Assembly: GCA_046483315.1 (NCBI GenBank)
Contig: JAWODJ010000034.1
Coordinates: 45,285 to 109,284, forward strand
Length of the DNA: 64,000 nucleotides
Source of the DNA: Bacteroidales bacterium
GTDB lineage: Bacteria; Bacteroidota; Bacteroidia; Bacteroidales; PUMT01
Direction of reading: 5' to 3'
A model generated the notes under the pieces. The model did not search any database, was not told the origin of the DNA, and worked only from the letters and a program-made list of their open reading frames with translations. The position numbers were made by a program, and so were the translations under genes. Position 1 is the first letter of the stretch; each line of letters opens with the position of its first letter. Below, piece by piece: positions 61,161 through 64,000 of this stretch.

Positions 61161-64000
61161 TTACTGAATAAGTGTAAATCTCAAACTAAAGCCCACACTG
61201 GTATTTGTTGTTGGATATGATAAACTCACAATGGGCTTGTTTACAACACGGTCAAAAAACAACCTTACATCAAACCTGTTGCTTATTACATAATCTGCCG
61301 AAGCATTTACCGATATAACAGTCTGCCCTGCTGTCGGCTGTATTCCTTCTTCAGCAAGCCGTCTGACAATAGTAACATTTTCCCTTACTGAAAGATCTGC
61401 ACGGACATTCAGATCGCTCCGCAATTCTCGTTGTGTTCCTGCAGCCCTGTAAACTAGCTGAACATCCCTGAATCTGTAACCAATGCCCATTACCAGTTCC
61501 TCGCTTTTAATCTCTGATATCTGATTGTTTGCCAGGCTTAATGATACGGTCCGTGTCATCCTTATCTCAGCCCTGGATGTAAAATCATTATTCCAGGTAA
61601 TATCAAGATTGATGAGAGGATTAAACTGTTCACTTATAGCAACCGAAGATATATTATATTCCGGAGTAAAACTGGACTTAACATTATCCCTGATATAGCT
61701 AAAGCCGTCATCACCGGCTATATAACCAAGATTGGTAATATAATTTGATATACTGTATGTTGAACGATAAGCATGATTTATATTGGCTGTCTGCAATATA
61801 CGGTTAAGCAGCGGAATCCTTGAAAGTCCGTCATACACAATTCGCCAGTTAGGAAGCGGTACAAGGGGAAACGTGTTTAAGGTAATGCGCCGGGGATCCA
61901 TTTTACCATAGGCAGCAATGAAGGCAGGCAATAAAACATCCTGTGACAGTCTGCCATAACCATCAGGGAAACCTTCTTCGTCAAGAACATCCGGATCATA
62001 CCCTTCAGAATAACCTCTCTCTTCAGCAAGTCTTTCAGCAATTAACTGTCTGTAGCTCCTGAAGTCCTCATAGGCAGAAGAATAATATGAATTTTCGCTG
62101 TTGGGCCGCTCAAAAGCAGTTTTCAGAGATAAAAAAGTCATATTGAAATTTCCTGAATTCATCTTGTTACTGGCATGAAAATCACCAAACCTGTCGGCAT
62201 AATAATATTCCTGCATATTTTCAACAAATGTACGGCTTGCAGTAACATCAATGCGAAATCCCGGTATAGGCTCAATAGTACTCCTGAGATTGAATGTATT
62301 ACTGTGGCTCATCATATAGGGCTCATTCAGTGTTGTGTCGGTTGTCATCCAGCCGCGGCGGATTGATTTCCATGCAAAATCCGGATCCTGATAGCCGAAA
62401 ATAAACGGATAACCCGGAGCAACCGACTCATTGTAGTTCTGGATGCCCAATAAGTCGGTTCCCGGTAAATAACCATGAAAAATAGTGCCATCTGTATGGG
62501 AATATGAAGCTCCGATGTTTTTTACCGACATAACAAGCCTGGCAGAATGTTCGGCAAGTTTGGTAAAAAATGTTTCCCTTATTTCAACATTCCCCTCAAC
62601 CACAACATCAGCGCCTTCTATATTTCTGTCCACTGTAAAATCAACCCTGCTGTCATTGACAATTTCAGTGCTACCTCTGACGGGCCTTCCCTGATCGTCA
62701 AGCACTCTGACCACCACTTCTTCGGTATGGAGATTATGATTTATAATATGAGCCCGATTGGCATCAAGGTTAACATTACTTTGTTCATACCTGACTCTTC
62801 TAAGTTCAGGCTGGGTAGTCCGCGAAGGCTGATCAGATGTTCTGCTCTGTAACTGCCTGGTTTTTTGATTAACTCTTTCCAGATATCCAACCTTGTTATA
62901 GAGGTTTACCATATTTAACTGGGTATTTAACTGGGTGGTATTACTGTTCTTTATGACATTGCCAAGATCAATGTCTACCGAATCGGGCAGCATCATTCTT
63001 GTGTCCCATCCATAAGTGGTATTATATCTCGCAGTAATATTGACCCAGTTAAAAAACGGAATCTTATTTATCGGCAGACTGTAGGTCAGGTTAGCAGAAT
63101 GGTAATACTGGGTGGTACGTCCCAGGTCTTTGAGATTCATCAGAACAGAATCTTTCCATTGGCGGTAATCGTCAGGAGCCCTGTACCTGTCAACTATACC
63201 CTCGGGTTCATCAATACGGGCAGTATTGGTTGCAGAAAATTCAAAACGAAGCTGCCGGGTAAGGTCAAACCTGATATCATAAAACCTGTTCCAGGTAAAA
63301 TCCTTCTGATAAGAAGGCAATATAAGAAAATCAGGATTATTGATATTCCTGAGTTGATTTGCCTGGTAGTACCTGTTGAGATCGGTTCTGAATGAAAGAT
63401 AAGAGGGTGCATAATAAAAATTAAAATCTCTCAGAAGCCTTAAGACAGGAGAATTGAATATACCCCAGTTGCTGAATGGAGTAACATTTTTCGGCTGGGT
63501 TGTATAATTATAATTGATCCCGCCACTGTAATTACGTTGTATCCGGTAGTCTGTACTTATATTTCTGCCGTACATCTCACTGAATGCATAGCTAAGTGAC
63601 CAGTTGCTTATGCTGTAAATTTTTGGCGGGCCCGAAGTCTGTGTTATCTGAACATTTGTAAAATTAAGGCTTTTCCTTTGAGTGTAATCCTGGGCTATAT
63701 CCTTGATAGAATCTCTCTCCCTTTTTGTCTGTGCTGAATCCAGTGCATCCCTCAGCGGCACATCCGGATCAACGGGATTATACTTCGGATTAATAAACCC
63801 TTCGGAATAACCAACATACATGGGTATGCGAACACCATAATCTTCAGGAAAAAATTTTCCAAGTTCAAGATTTGTGGAAAGATCGTATTGGTTGACCTGC
63901 TCCTGGGAACGTTCATTGACTTTCTTTTCAATACTTCCAAAACCCGGCTGACTGGTCAGGCCGGCAAAGGTAAACGTTCCCAGGTCAGCCAGTCTGGCAG
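61161..64000 (-). CDS. sprA: SprA-type cell-surface protein (T9SS translocon), C-terminal ~945 codons; 5' end lies outside the window
   Basis: The frame stays open from 63821 to the window end (I translated 63822-64000 by hand and found no stop). The beta-rich sequence ends in FSLRFTLIQ. It matches my recollection of SprA C-terminal regions. Confidence 0.85.
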   Translation of the reverse strand, partial: ARLADLGTFTFAGLTSQPGFGSIEKKVNERSQEQVNQYDLSTNLELGKFFPEDYGVRIPMYVGYSEGFINPKYNPVDPDVPLRDALDSAQTKRERDSIKDIAQDYTQRKSLNFTNVQITQTSGPPKIYSISNWSLSYAFSEMYGRNISTDYRIQRNYSGGINYNYTTQPKNVTPFSNWGIFNSPVLRLLRDFNFYYAPSYLSFRTDLNRYYQANQLRNINNPDFLILPSYQKDFTWNRFYDIRFDLTRQLRFEFSATNTARIDEPEGIVDRYRAPDDYRQWKDSVLMNLKDLGRTTQYYHSANLTYSLPINKIPFFNWVNITARYNTTYGWDTRMMLPDSVDIDLGNVIKNSNTTQLNTQLNMVNLYNKVGYLERVNQKTRQLQSRTSDQPSRTTQPELRRVRYEQSNVNLDANRAHIINHNLHTEEVVVRVLDDQGRPVRGSTEIVNDSRVDFTVDRNIEGADVVVEGNVEIRETFFTKLAEHSARLVMSVKNIGASYSHTDGTIFHGYLPGTDLLGIQNYNESVAPGYPFIFGYQDPDFAWKSIRRGWMTTDTTLNEPYMMSHSNTFNLRSTIEPIPGFRIDVTASRTFVENMQEYYYADRFGDFHASNKMNSGNFNMTFLSLKTAFERPNSENSYYSSAYEDFRSYRQLIAERLAEERGYSEGYDPDVLDEEGFPDGYGRLSQDVLLPAFIAAYGKMDPRRITLNTFPLVPLPNWRIVYDGLSRIPLLNRILQTANINHAYRSTYSISNYITNLGYIAGDDGFSYIRDNVKSSFTPEYNISSVAISEQFNPLINLDITWNNDFTSRAEIRMTRTVSLSLANNQISEIKSEELVMGIGYRFRDVQLVYRAAGTQRELRSDLNVRADLSVRENVTIVRRLAEEGIQPTAGQTVISVNASADYVISNRFDVRLFFDRVVNKPIVSLSYPTTNTSVGFSLRFTLIQ

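Overview
Dense, mostly housekeeping chromosomal segment that looks like a Bacteroidota genome. The phylum call rests on many exact TAnnTTTG -7 promoter boxes just upstream of genes, an LpxC-FabZ fusion gene, a large SprA-type (T9SS) gene, a TonB-dependent receptor with a carboxypeptidase-regulatory-like N-domain, and little sign of Shine-Dalgarno sequences. I call 54 protein-coding genes, two of them truncated by the window edges. They include yebC, miaB, aspS, tadA, maeB, pdxA, an M17 aminopeptidase, groES-groEL, secG, an LptE-like lipoprotein, a sigma-54 activator, kdsB, queG, a Fur-family gene next to katG, two S9 peptidases, a complete sufBCDSE-sufT operon, thiL, lpxD / lpxC-fabZ / lpxA, rimP-nusA-infB, gcvH and sprA. 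I found no rRNA, tRNA, CRISPR array, transposase or integrase. The non-core patches are: (1) an AT-rich HepT/MNT toxin-antitoxin pair whose antitoxin carries an extra XRE-type HTH, next to about 600 bp of decayed DNA that includes a relic of a P-type ATPase 3' end; (2) a TonB-dependent receptor plus a DUF2271-like lipoprotein with a TGAT flavinylation-type core; (3) an Rrf2 regulator, two YceI-like proteins and a porin, directly downstream of the suf operon; (4) a Tat-signal DUF362 protein with a co-transcribed exported partner; (5) a stand-alone NYN/OST-HTH protein. None of these is demonstrably a new system from sequence alone, and I rank them as leads only. All family names come from recognising motifs by eye, with no database search. 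Coordinates of small motifs were counted by hand and may be off by 1-2 nt.
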